From Deltaproteobacteria bacterium (GTDB lineage: Bacteria > CG2-30-53-67), in contig JAADIO010000055.1 of assembly GCA_013151235.1 (NCBI GenBank), forward strand, positions 1 to 39,742: a DNA stretch of 39,742 nt, given 5' to 3'. Position 1 is the stretch's first letter. Each line of letters starts with the position of its first letter. The notes under the pieces were generated by a model. That model saw nothing but the letters and a program-made list of their open reading frames with translations, had not been told where the DNA came from and ran no database searches. Below are positions 25,401 to 34,848 of this stretch, one piece after another. The position numbers were made by a program, and so were the translations under genes.

Positions 25401-27872
25401 TTACAGCGTCCCCGTTCCGCTTCGTCCGGTTGCAGGAGCGGGATTCTCCGGAGGGGGAGCCGGTTGCAACCCCTTGGAATCCATATCAAAAAAATTGGTC
25501 CCCTGCGTCTTTTTGACCGGGGCATATTCATGAGGTTCCCGGCCGGTTCTGAAACACTCGAAATAGGTTTTTTCTCCGCCGGAAGGAAGCAACCCCGTTT
25601 TCTTGTCCACCCGCACGAAGATCACACCCGGCGGTACGGTAAAGGGGAGTTTCTCCCGCCCCTTCAGGGCATCCTTCATAAAGTCAAGCCAGATGGGACC
25701 GGCAGCCCTGGCTCCGAACTCGCCCTTCCCGAGGGTACGCATATCGTCAAACCCGACCCAGACCGCCGTGACCAGGTTCGGGACAAAACCAACATAGAGT
25801 GCATCCAGATAATTGTTGGTTGTCCCCGTTTTTCCTGCTGAGGGACGTCCCAACTTCTGCATCCGTCGCCCCGTTCCGTGACGGACGACTTCCTCAAGCA
25901 TATCCGTGACGATGTAAGCCGTTTCAGGATCCATTGCCTTCTCCACGGAAGGGTGGTTCTCCCGAATCACATTTCCATCATAATCGAGGATTCGGCGGAT
26001 AAAATAGGGCCGAGCCCGCATCCCATGATTATCATAAACCGAATAGGCCGAAGCCAGTTCGGACAGCGAGAGGACCGACGACCCCAGCGCCAGGGAATAG
26101 TCTTTGGCCAGGGGACTTTCAATACCGAGTTTCCGGGCAAATCTTACCACGTTCCGGATGCCCACCTTCTGCAGAAGCTTCACCGTCACCACATTCCGGG
26201 ACTTGGCCAGGGCCACGCGAAGCCGGGTCGGACCGTAAAACCGCTCGCTGTAATTGGCGGGTTTCCATTTCGTCTCCATGGAGGGATCCTGGAAAATCAC
26301 CGGCGTATCAATGATCACGGTCGCCGGAGAAAATCCCTTCTCCATGGCCGCTCCATAAATAATCGGTTTGAAGGCCGAACCGGGCTGCCGCTTGGCTTGA
26401 ATGGCCCGGTTGAATTCGCTCTTTTTGAAATCGTAGCCGCCGACCATGGCCTTGACCTCTCCGGTGGCGGGATCAATCGCGATCAGCGCCCCCTGTACCT
26501 GCGGCTCCTGCTCCAGCGCCAGCCGGTAGGCACCCAGTTTGGAATCATAGGAGAGGATGCGCACCAGGATCCGGTCTCCGGGAACGACGACATCCAGAAC
26601 ATTCTCCGGTTCGACCCAACGGACCCCGTCCGGATTGTCCGGCGTTGGATCCTTTACAGCACGTTTGGCCCACTTCATTTCATCAAACGGAAGAAATCCC
26701 AGCTCTCCTTCAACCCAGACCCAAGCCTCTTTCTTGTTGGCTTCCACCACAAGACCGTCATAAATCTTCCCGGACGGCAAGGACTCCGATCCTTCACTCG
26801 CTTGATCGTTCAACCGGGATTGGACATCCCAGTCCAGGGTATCAAGTTCGATATGTTCCAGCGGTCCTCGATAACCGTGACGTTTATCATAGGCCCGCAG
26901 TCCCTCCTGAACGGCCTTCACGGCGGCCCGTTGCATCGGCAGGTTCAGGGTCGTATACACATTGAGACCGCTCTCGTAAAGCCGGCTGCTGCCGTACTGG
27001 TCAAGAAGATAACGACGTACATGTTCCACAAAATAGGCCGAATCATTATGCTCCTCCTCCTTCTGCCGAAGCTTCAGGGGTTCCGCCTTCGCCTCTTCCA
27101 TCTGTGCACGTGTGATGAAATGTTCTGCAAACATTCTCGTAAGTACAAGGGAGCGACGCGCCTTCGATTCATCCGGATGTTTGAACGGATTGAAACGTCC
27201 CGGCGACTTGGGAAGGGCCGCCAGAGTCGCCATCTCAGACAACCGGAGTTTCTCCACAGGTTTATCAAAATAGGTCTCCGAGGCCGCTTCAACTCCGTAG
27301 GCACCGGCGCCGAAATAGATCTGATTCAGATACAGCTCCAGAATTTCGTCTTTGGAAAACCGTTTTTCAATCTCCAGGGCCAGGATCACCTCCTTGATCT
27401 TCCGCTCAATCTTCCGTTCCGGAGAGAGAAAGAGTGTCTTGGCCAACTGTTGCGTAATCGTACTTCCCCCCTGGGTGATCTGTTTTGCCCGAAGGTCCGC
27501 CCAGAAAGCCCGGGTGATCCCCTGCAGATCGATCCCATGATGATGATAGAAACGGGCATCCTCGATGGCAATGAACGCCTTGACGAGCAGATCGGGGATC
27601 TCGTTCAGGGGACGGAGCACTCTCTTTTCGATATAGAACTTTCCGACCACATCCCCGCCGTCGGAATAGACCGTGGTCACCAGGCTCGGCCGATAGTCCT
27701 TGAGAACAGAGACGTCGGGAAGGCCCCGCTGAAATTTAAGATAGAAGTGAAATCCCACCGCCCCGCCGACCAGGATCAGGAGAAAGATGAAGACCAGCAT
27801 CACGGTCAGGCAAGAACGAAGAGGAAAACGTCTTTTGGGGAAATTGTGAGAGGGCGGAAAAGATTCTTTCAT
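25401..27872 (-). CDS. mrcA: Penicillin-binding protein 1A
   Basis: TM; glycosyltransferase EDARFY and GGSTITQQLAK; OB insertion; transpeptidase SAFK, SRN, KTG. Confidence 0.95.
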   Translation of the reverse strand: MKESFPPSHNFPKRRFPLRSCLTVMLVFIFLLILVGGAVGFHFYLKFQRGLPDVSVLKDYRPSLVTTVYSDGGDVVGKFYIEKRVLRPLNEIPDLLVKAFIAIEDARFYHHHGIDLQGITRAFWADLRAKQITQGGSTITQQLAKTLFLSPERKIERKIKEVILALEIEKRFSKDEILELYLNQIYFGAGAYGVEAASETYFDKPVEKLRLSEMATLAALPKSPGRFNPFKHPDESKARRSLVLTRMFAEHFITRAQMEEAKAEPLKLRQKEEEHNDSAYFVEHVRRYLLDQYGSSRLYESGLNVYTTLNLPMQRAAVKAVQEGLRAYDKRHGYRGPLEHIELDTLDWDVQSRLNDQASEGSESLPSGKIYDGLVVEANKKEAWVWVEGELGFLPFDEMKWAKRAVKDPTPDNPDGVRWVEPENVLDVVVPGDRILVRILSYDSKLGAYRLALEQEPQVQGALIAIDPATGEVKAMVGGYDFKKSEFNRAIQAKRQPGSAFKPIIYGAAMEKGFSPATVIIDTPVIFQDPSMETKWKPANYSERFYGPTRLRVALAKSRNVVTVKLLQKVGIRNVVRFARKLGIESPLAKDYSLALGSSVLSLSELASAYSVYDNHGMRARPYFIRRILDYDGNVIRENHPSVEKAMDPETAYIVTDMLEEVVRHGTGRRMQKLGRPSAGKTGTTNNYLDALYVGFVPNLVTAVWVGFDDMRTLGKGEFGARAAGPIWLDFMKDALKGREKLPFTVPPGVIFVRVDKKTGLLPSGGEKTYFECFRTGREPHEYAPVKKTQGTNFFDMDSKGLQPAPPPENPAPATGRSGTGTL

Positions 27873-28285
27873 GAGAGCGCCAACCGATATCCCAGAAGAG
27901 CCGAAAATAGAAGAACCACAAAAATGAGCGCATACAGAAGAGAGAGGGGCAAGGGACTCTTATCCGGATGGCCGAAGGCCAGGCTTTCCTTCTCCGCCCC
28001 GTCGAGTATTTCACAGGCGGGACATAGAGGACGCTCAGCAGAGGGAACTTCGCGTTCCAACAAATGCCCGCAGGCAATGCAGTAATGATACGGGGAAACA
28101 GATGGGGATGAAACCTGAGAGATTGCACCGGGAAGTCCCTTTCCAGCCCCCGACGTCTCCTTCTTCCGGAGCCGAATCCGAAGAACGGCGCCGCACTTCC
28201 GGCACTTTGCCCGGATCCCCTCTTCCGTCAGATACTCTTTCCTGACCCGGTACTCTTTCCCGCACTGTTTGCAATGTATACGCAT
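27869..28285 (-). CDS. Zinc-ribbon (MJ0042-like finger) protein with second Cys cluster and C-terminal TM
   Basis: CKQC...CRKC, CIAC...CPAC, hydrophobic C-terminus; stop overlaps the PBP1A start (ATGA). Confidence 0.8.
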   Translation of the reverse strand: MRIHCKQCGKEYRVRKEYLTEEGIRAKCRKCGAVLRIRLRKKETSGAGKGLPGAISQVSSPSVSPYHYCIACGHLLEREVPSAERPLCPACEILDGAEKESLAFGHPDKSPLPLSLLYALIFVVLLFSALLGYRLALS

Positions 28286-28496
28286 TTTAACCACCTGCAA
28301 AATCCGAAAAGGGAGGGAAAAATGGTGTCATTATACTGAACTCATTGGACAAAGACAAACAAAAAGAAGGCCCAAATCCAGCGATAGAAAAGTTCGGAGC
28401 GTTTGTCGAAAAAGCTCGTTTTTAAACAGTAACCGTTGACGGGGGTCGGCACAAATCCGGACATCGATTTCCCTCTCATCTTGTAACCCTGTGTTT

Positions 28497-28770
28497 TCGT
28501 TCATTTTCTTTGCTCGTCCAAAGAAAACGAACCAAAAGAAAAGACGCCCCGGGTCACTGGATCCCGCTGACGCGGGATTCCCCTGCGCTTCTCGAAAGCC
28601 TGCCCTGAGCATGCCGAAGGGGAGAGGGGGGCTCGATAACATGCTCCGCATGGTCGCGCCGAAGGCGCGACACGATCTCGCCCTTTTCCCCTCTCCTTCT
28701 GCGATGCTCGGCTGCGTGACAGGGGGGATGCTCCCCCTCTGGGGGAGTCAGGTGCGCGGATCCCCCTTCT
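28497..28770. repeat. Highly structured multi-hairpin intergenic element with an inserted REP-like unit
   Basis: TTTTCTTTG-CTCGTC-CAAAGAAAA; ATCCCGC-TGAC-GCGGGAT; GTCGCGCC-GAA-GGCGCGAC; GGAGAGGGG/CCCCTCTCC; CTCCCCC-TCT-GGGGGAG; CCTGCCCTGAGCATGCCGAAGGG at 28599-28621. Confidence 0.65.
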
Positions 28771-28948
28771 TGTTTCTTTTGTTTTACCTTACAGCTGTGT
28801 CGTTAACTCACCATAAACCTTAAAACCAAGAGGGGTTTTTTCCCGGGTGAAACTCCTATCGCTAATTTAGGGAAGGTTCCTCCCCGGGGGCTCCATAGTC
28901 AATGTTTTTCGGTTTTGATCTTCAAAGACGTTCATGGTATAAGGTTTC

Positions 28949-30034
28949 ATGGACCGGATGCAACAGATCGGACAGCTCTTTGTCTGCGGTTTCGAAGGGA
29001 TCCGCCCGAATGGGACGATCCTTCGGCTGATCCGGGAGTACGGGATCGGCGGGGTGATCCTCTTTTCCCGGAACATCGAAACACCCCGTCAGACGGCGGA
29101 ACTGGTACAGGAACTCCAGGCAGCCGCCAAGATCCCCCTCTTCATCGGGATCGATCAAGAAGGGGGACGGGTCTCCCGGCTTCCCTCCCCTTTCACCCGG
29201 TTCCCTGGAAATGACGCCCTTGGACGGACCGCTTCCGGAAGACTGGCCTGCCGGTTCGGCCGCGCCGTGGGGAAGGAACTGGCTGTGGTGGGAATCAATC
29301 TCGACTTCGCCCCCGTCCTCGACATCAACACCCGTCCCGACAACCCGGTGATCGGAACCCGTGCCTTCGGCAGCGATCCGACGATCGTCTCGGACCTCGG
29401 CTGTGCCGTCATCGACGGACTGCAAAAGGAAATCATCGCCTGCGGCAAGCATTTCCCCGGCCACGGCGACACCTCTCTCGACTCGCACCTAACCCTCCCC
29501 GAAGTCCCTCACGGGATCGATCTCCTGCGCCGGCGGGAGCTGATCCCCTTCATCCGGGCCGTCGCCTGCGGTGTGGAATCAATCATGACGGCCCATGTCC
29601 TCTACCGGCCGATCGACCCGGATTATCCGGCCACACTTTCCCCCAAGATCGTGCAGGGAATCCTCCGCAAGGAACTCCATTTCAATGGGGTCGTCTTTTC
29701 CGATGACCTGGAGATGAAGGCCGTGGAGGATCATTTCGGGATCGAAACCTCGTCGATCCTTGCGCTGCAGGCCGGAGTCGATTCCCTCCTGATCTGCCAT
29801 CATCCGGAGAAACAGGAAAAGGCGATCGAGGCGGTGACCCGCTCCGTGGAAGAGGGAGCGATTTCTCTTTCCCGGATCGAGGAATCGGCGGGACGGATCC
29901 TTGATCTCAAGAGACGTCGGCTGTCGCCGAAACCTTCGATCGACTTCACTGAAGCGGAAGAGACCGCGGGATGGCCGGAACACCGAAAACTGGCGGAAGA
30001 AATCGAGCGCCCGCAGGGTGGAAAAGGATCGTGA
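28949..30034 (+). CDS. nagZ: Beta-N-acetylhexosaminidase (GH3)
   Basis: IDQEGGRVSR, DFAPVLD, KHFPGHGDTSLDSH, MTAHV, SDDLEM. Confidence 0.95.
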   Translation: MDRMQQIGQLFVCGFEGIRPNGTILRLIREYGIGGVILFSRNIETPRQTAELVQELQAAAKIPLFIGIDQEGGRVSRLPSPFTRFPGNDALGRTASGRLACRFGRAVGKELAVVGINLDFAPVLDINTRPDNPVIGTRAFGSDPTIVSDLGCAVIDGLQKEIIACGKHFPGHGDTSLDSHLTLPEVPHGIDLLRRRELIPFIRAVACGVESIMTAHVLYRPIDPDYPATLSPKIVQGILRKELHFNGVVFSDDLEMKAVEDHFGIETSSILALQAGVDSLLICHHPEKQEKAIEAVTRSVEEGAISLSRIEESAGRILDLKRRRLSPKPSIDFTEAEETAGWPEHRKLAEEIERPQGGKGS

Positions 30035-30047
30035 GGCCCGGCCCCAT

Positions 30048-31403
30048 TCAGGCCGGGGAGACAAGAGACGACTGAAAGAAGGAACTCTCCTTGACCAGAC
30101 GATGCAGGTCGTGACCGGACTGATCCCATTTTTCCAGAAGGACCTCCGCCGGGCACTTCCCCGCCCCCAGGATCAGCTCTTCGAGCGGCCCGAGCAGTTG
30201 GACCTCCTCGCCCAGCCGGGAAAGCCCCTCCCGTGCAATCCGTACCAGTTCCCGGGCCAGATCGAGAAGAAGCGTCCCCCGGATCTTTGCATGCAGCCCC
30301 AGGCGGCAGACCGATGCATGCAGTTGCCTCCGCTCCGAAAAGGACCAGTCCCGCACTAATTCCCAGGCAGCCTTCCGGGCGCCGTCATCATAGAGGATCC
30401 CCATCCAGAAGGCCGGCACCGTTATCACCATCCCCGGCGCCTGCCCGTCCACACCCCGGATCTCCAGGTACTGCTTCAGACGGACCTCCGGGAAGAGGGT
30501 ACTCTGATGGAGATCCCAATCCTCCCGGATGGCATGAAAACCCTCAACCCCCTTTTTGAGATACTCTCCGAAAGGGATACCCTTCATCGGGATCCACTCC
30601 CCCTCCCGGATGATGAACAACATCGGCACTGCCAGCGCGTAGTGAAGATAATCCTCAAAGGCGGCGTCCTCCCCGAAGGCAAAAGGGAGGAGACCGCATC
30701 GGTCCGGATCGGTATGCATCCAGACATGCTCCCGCATCGTCATAAAACCGTTCGGCCGTCCGCCGGAAAGGGGGGAGTTGGCATACATGGCCGAGACGAT
30801 GGAGGTGATCCCCATGGCCGTCCGGAACTTCTCCATGGCATCTTCCTCACTGGTGTAGTCGAGGTTGACCTGAACGGTGGCGGTCTCCTTCATCATGGTG
30901 TGCGCCAGGCGTCCCTGCTTTTCCAGGTAGGGCGCCATGATGCCGTAGCGGCACTTGTTCACAAAGGGGATCTCATCGGCCCGGCTCACGGGGTGCATCC
31001 CGGCGCCGATAAAATCGACGGCAAGGTCCTCCGTTACCCGGCGAAGCTGTGTCACGTATGAAGAGAGCTCATCCCGGACCCCGCCAAGACCGGGAGAAGG
31101 CTTCCCGGAGAGTTCGAGCTGCCCCCCCGGTTCGAGGGTGATGTTGGAGCCGTTCGCCCCGAGAAGACAGATCAGTTCCCCCCCTTCACACTGGGGACCC
31201 CACTGCGGTTCTTCCAGCAACCGGTCCAGGATGAGATGAACCCCCGGCACCCCGTTGTAGCCGACCGCACGAGCCGAATCCGGATCGACGCCGAGAAGTT
31301 CGAACTCTCCCCCGATGGAAAGACGGGCCGGATCCTTGCACCCCTCCCGAAAATAACGGGACAGGTCATCAAGAGTAATGCGTCGTGATTCAGTCACCAC
31401 CAT
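30048..31403 (-). CDS. gshA: Glutamate-cysteine ligase, GCS2 / plant-like
   Basis: TLEPGGQLELSG, RYGIM, VQVNLD, ANSP, TDPDRCG, TLFPEVRLKQYLEIRG. Confidence 0.88.
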   Translation of the reverse strand: MVVTESRRITLDDLSRYFREGCKDPARLSIGGEFELLGVDPDSARAVGYNGVPGVHLILDRLLEEPQWGPQCEGGELICLLGANGSNITLEPGGQLELSGKPSPGLGGVRDELSSYVTQLRRVTEDLAVDFIGAGMHPVSRADEIPFVNKCRYGIMAPYLEKQGRLAHTMMKETATVQVNLDYTSEEDAMEKFRTAMGITSIVSAMYANSPLSGGRPNGFMTMREHVWMHTDPDRCGLLPFAFGEDAAFEDYLHYALAVPMLFIIREGEWIPMKGIPFGEYLKKGVEGFHAIREDWDLHQSTLFPEVRLKQYLEIRGVDGQAPGMVITVPAFWMGILYDDGARKAAWELVRDWSFSERRQLHASVCRLGLHAKIRGTLLLDLARELVRIAREGLSRLGEEVQLLGPLEELILGAGKCPAEVLLEKWDQSGHDLHRLVKESSFFQSSLVSPA

Positions 31404-31537
31404 CGAGGTTCCTCCGGGGTTTGCCGTTGACGACAGCCCCGATCATTTGTTAAAGTTATTCAAAGTTCGTATTATAATTCTGAAAGGCCTCTCTGTCATC
31501 CGAAAAGAAAGCCTTCCTGTCATAACAAAGGAAGTCA

Positions 31538-32506
31538 ATGGCGGCGCTGAAAATCGGCTTTATCATCGACCCCATAGAGACGATCCGCCCCGACGAGGAC
31601 TCTACCTACCTCTTCATGCTGGAGGCACAACGCCGGGGGCACGAGATCTTCTACATGACCGTTCCCGACCTCTTCATGAAGGGAAACCGTCCGGGCGCCT
31701 CGGGCGTCCGGCTGGAAGTCTTCCGAGACAAAGAATACTACCGTCTCGGGAAAAAGAAGACCCTCGACCTGAACGGGTTCGACATTCTCTTCATGCGAAA
31801 GGACCCCCCCTTCAACCTCGAGTACTATACGGCTACGCTGATCCTGGAACGGGTCAATCCATCCACACTGGTCATCAACGACCCGAAGGGACTTCGAAAC
31901 AACAATGAAAAAGCAAGTACGCTCCGTTTCCCCGGGCTGACCCCCGAAACACTGATTACCCATCGAATCGATCAGTTGCAGCGTTTCCTTGACGACGTGG
32001 GTGGTGAGATGATCGTCAAGTCCCTCTTTCGATCCTACGGAAGGGAGGTCCTCTACGTCAACCGGGAAGGGATGAACTGCAACACCCTGCTCGAGATGGC
32101 CACACGGGACGAGACCCGTTTCGTCATGGCCCAGCGCTACCTCTACGAGGCGGCCGACGGGGACAAGCGGATCATTCTGTTAAACGGCGAGCCGGTCGGC
32201 GCCGTCCTCTGGCTCCCGCCGGAGAAATACGGGGACAAGCCCCCCATCCGGACCCCCTGGCGGGAGGTCAAGACGGAACTGACGGAACGGGAACGGTTCG
32301 TCTGTGAGACCATCGCTCCCCACCTGAAAGAGAACGGCCTCTATTTTGCGGGAATCGATATGATCGGAGGCTACCTGACGGAGATCAATATCACCAGTCC
32401 CACATGCCTTCATGAAATCAACCGGCTCAACCATGTTCATCTCGAGGAAAAGGTGATTGATTTTGCGGAAGAGGAACAAAGGCGCAGGGCAGCATCCGGA
32501 AGATAG
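31538..32506 (+). CDS. gshB: Glutathione synthetase-like ATP-grasp ligase with divergent loops
   Basis: DPIE...DST, MRKDPPF, NEK, GDKRI, GIDMIG, TEINITSPT. The GMGG and RGNLAAGG loops are replaced. Confidence 0.8.
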   Translation: MAALKIGFIIDPIETIRPDEDSTYLFMLEAQRRGHEIFYMTVPDLFMKGNRPGASGVRLEVFRDKEYYRLGKKKTLDLNGFDILFMRKDPPFNLEYYTATLILERVNPSTLVINDPKGLRNNNEKASTLRFPGLTPETLITHRIDQLQRFLDDVGGEMIVKSLFRSYGREVLYVNREGMNCNTLLEMATRDETRFVMAQRYLYEAADGDKRIILLNGEPVGAVLWLPPEKYGDKPPIRTPWREVKTELTERERFVCETIAPHLKENGLYFAGIDMIGGYLTEINITSPTCLHEINRLNHVHLEEKVIDFAEEEQRRRAASGR

Positions 32507-32530
32507 GCGGGGAACACCCCGTACGGGCCG

Positions 32531-33259
32531 TCACCCCGGCTGCATACTCCGGGCAGCCTCCCCGACCAGCGCCTTGATGATCTTTGCTTTTCCGTCTCCC
32601 TCCCCCGCGATCAATTCGGGGTGCCACTGCACCCCCAGGGCAAAGCGATGACGACCGCTTTCGATCCCCTCAACCACCCCGTCTTCGGCCCGGGCATTGA
32701 CGATCAACCCTTCTCCCAGCTTCCGGACCGACTGGTGATGGGAACTGTTGACAGGGAGCCGGGGCCTTCCGACGATGGATGAGAGGAGCGTACCGGAAAC
32801 CACTTCAATCGTATGGAGCGGGTCTTGCTCCTTCTTCCTTTCATGGTTCATCGCACCTGCAACCTGTTCGAGAATATCCTGATAGAGACTCCCCCCGAAA
32901 AGAACGTTCAAGAGCTGTTCGCCGCCGCAGATCCCGAGGAGGGGAAGATCCGCCACCAGCGCCAGCCGGGTGATCTCCATCTCAAAGGCGGTCCGTCGAT
33001 CCTTGACCTTCCCTTCGGTGACCGACCAGACTTCTCCGTAGAGAACGGGATCGATATCGAAGGCGCCGCCGGTGACGATCAGGCCGTCGATCCGGTCGAC
33101 CAGGCGGGGGACCTCCCCGGTGGAGACATAAGGAAGGATCAGGGGAATCCCGCCGGCCTCTTCCACGGCCGTCACATACCGCTCGTAGAGAAAGTATCCT
33201 CCTGCCTTCTTTTCTCCCCGCTCCTCAAAATCGGGGGTGATCCCGATGGCCGGTTTCAT
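32531..33259 (-). CDS. Peptidase C26 gamma-glutamyl hydrolase (PuuD-like)
   Basis: AGGIP, GGAFDIDP, GICGG nucleophile elbow, NSSHHQ, QWHPE; ATGA overlap with the upstream gene. Confidence 0.92.
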   Translation of the reverse strand: MKPAIGITPDFEERGEKKAGGYFLYERYVTAVEEAGGIPLILPYVSTGEVPRLVDRIDGLIVTGGAFDIDPVLYGEVWSVTEGKVKDRRTAFEMEITRLALVADLPLLGICGGEQLLNVLFGGSLYQDILEQVAGAMNHERKKEQDPLHTIEVVSGTLLSSIVGRPRLPVNSSHHQSVRKLGEGLIVNARAEDGVVEGIESGRHRFALGVQWHPELIAGEGDGKAKIIKALVGEAARSMQPG

Positions 33260-34848
33260 GGAGCTCGTCTCTCTTTCCGGAGGATCCTTCCCGGCCGCGC
33301 CCCGGTATGGCGACCCTCCTCCACCACGACCGTTCCGTTGACCCAGACGCGTTCGATCCCCCGGGGGGGTTGTTTCGGATCTTCGTAGGTGGCCGGATCT
33401 TCGATCCGGTCCGGGTCGAAGAGGACCAGGTCCGCGGCAAGCCTTTCCCGGATCCGTCCCCGACCGCGGACACCGACTCTTTCCAACGGCTGGGAGGTCA
33501 TCTTCCGCACCGCCTCCTCCAGGGTGAGGAGCCCCTCCTCACGGACGAACTGCTGCAGGACCCTCGGGCAGGTGCCGTAAGCGCGGGGATGGGGGTTTCC
33601 CTCTCCGAGAGGACCGTCAAAGGCCTTGGCGCCGCTGTCGGAGCCGATCATGACATAGGGTTTCTTCAGGATTCGGCGGAGGTTGTCCGGACTCATGGTA
33701 AAGTAGATGGCATCGACCATGTTCCGTTCGGCAATGAGAAGATCGGCGACGAAATCGATCGGCGCCTTCCCCTCCGTTTCGGCACATTCCAGAACACGCC
33801 GCGCCACAAAATGCTCATGCTCCGGACGGGTCACGGCACAGATCATGATGTTGGCAAAATAGTCCGGCTCGGGATGTTCCCGGAGGATCTCTTCGGCCAT
33901 CCGTGACCGTTCGGTCCGCTCGGCAAGCCGTGCCAGGAGCCGCTCCACACCCCCCTCAAAGGTCCAGTCGGGAAGGACCGCGGAGAGCCCCGTGTTGGAG
34001 GCCGTATAGGGATAGCGGTCACAGGCGACATCGATACCGCGGCGGCGGGCAGACTCGATGCGGTCAAACACCTCCTCCAGTTTTCCCCAGTTCTTCCGTC
34101 CCGAGGTCTTCAGATGAGAGATCTGCAGGGGGACTCCGGACCGGCCGGCGACGGCAATTACCTCGTCGATCGCCTCCAAGAGCCGGTTTCCCTCACTTCG
34201 CATATGAACGGCAAAGATCCCTCCTTTTTCGGCAACCGCCTTGCACAGGGTCACCAGTTCATCGGCATCCGCAAAACAGGCCGGCGGATAAATCAATCCC
34301 GTGGAGAGGCCCAGCGCCCCCTCCTCCACGGCCCGGCAAAGAGTCGAGATCATGGTCTTCCGTTCTTCCGGCGAGGGTGCCCGGTTACTTCCGTACATTG
34401 CGGAAGAACGGATCGTATTGTGCCCGGCGAGGAGCCCGAAGTTAACCGACATCCCGGTCTCGGAAAGATGACGATAATAGTCGCCCACCCCTTCCCAGGG
34501 GAGCGAGAGGCCGAAGAGGTCGCGGTAGGTCTTGATGCGCTCCTCCCGGATCCGTCCGAAGATCGGCGCCGCCGAATAACCGCAGTTTCCACCGATCTCC
34601 GTCGTCACCCCCTGCAGGACCTTGCCTTCCGCCCGGGGGCCGATCAATAGATAATAATCGGAATGGGAATGGATATCGACGAACCCGGGGGCCGCAGCAA
34701 GGCCCGTCCCGTCGATCTCCCGCTTCCCCTTTGCGGGGCAGTGGGGCCCTACGAAGGCAAACCGCTCCCCTTCGACCCCCAGATCCCCGACAAAGGAAGG
34801 ATCACCGCTGCCGTCCACGATCCGCACATTTCGAATGACATAATCCAT
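33256..34848 (-). CDS. N-acyl-D-amino-acid deacylase (D-aminoacylase)
   Basis: PGFVDIHSHSD, GNCGYS, HMRSEG, ISHLK, GSD, HPRAYG. Confidence 0.92.
   Translation of the reverse strand: MDYVIRNVRIVDGSGDPSFVGDLGVEGERFAFVGPHCPAKGKREIDGTGLAAAPGFVDIHSHSDYYLLIGPRAEGKVLQGVTTEIGGNCGYSAAPIFGRIREERIKTYRDLFGLSLPWEGVGDYYRHLSETGMSVNFGLLAGHNTIRSSAMYGSNRAPSPEERKTMISTLCRAVEEGALGLSTGLIYPPACFADADELVTLCKAVAEKGGIFAVHMRSEGNRLLEAIDEVIAVAGRSGVPLQISHLKTSGRKNWGKLEEVFDRIESARRRGIDVACDRYPYTASNTGLSAVLPDWTFEGGVERLLARLAERTERSRMAEEILREHPEPDYFANIMICAVTRPEHEHFVARRVLECAETEGKAPIDFVADLLIAERNMVDAIYFTMSPDNLRRILKKPYVMIGSDSGAKAFDGPLGEGNPHPRAYGTCPRVLQQFVREEGLLTLEEAVRKMTSQPLERVGVRGRGRIRERLAADLVLFDPDRIEDPATYEDPKQPPRGIERVWVNGTVVVEEGRHTGARPGRILRKERRAP

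Noticed and set aside
25878-28085. 735-aa plus-strand ORF and other long shadow ORFs (3852-5387, 10552-11940, 19410-20951, 20821-21882, 35905-36846)
   Set aside because: They are antisense to well-supported genes in GC-rich DNA and carry no recognisable motifs.
31427-31439. TTGACGACAGCCC identical to 475-487, both upstream of genes
   Set aside because: A single 13-bp match with no extension, partly explained by the -35 hexamer; chance cannot be excluded.
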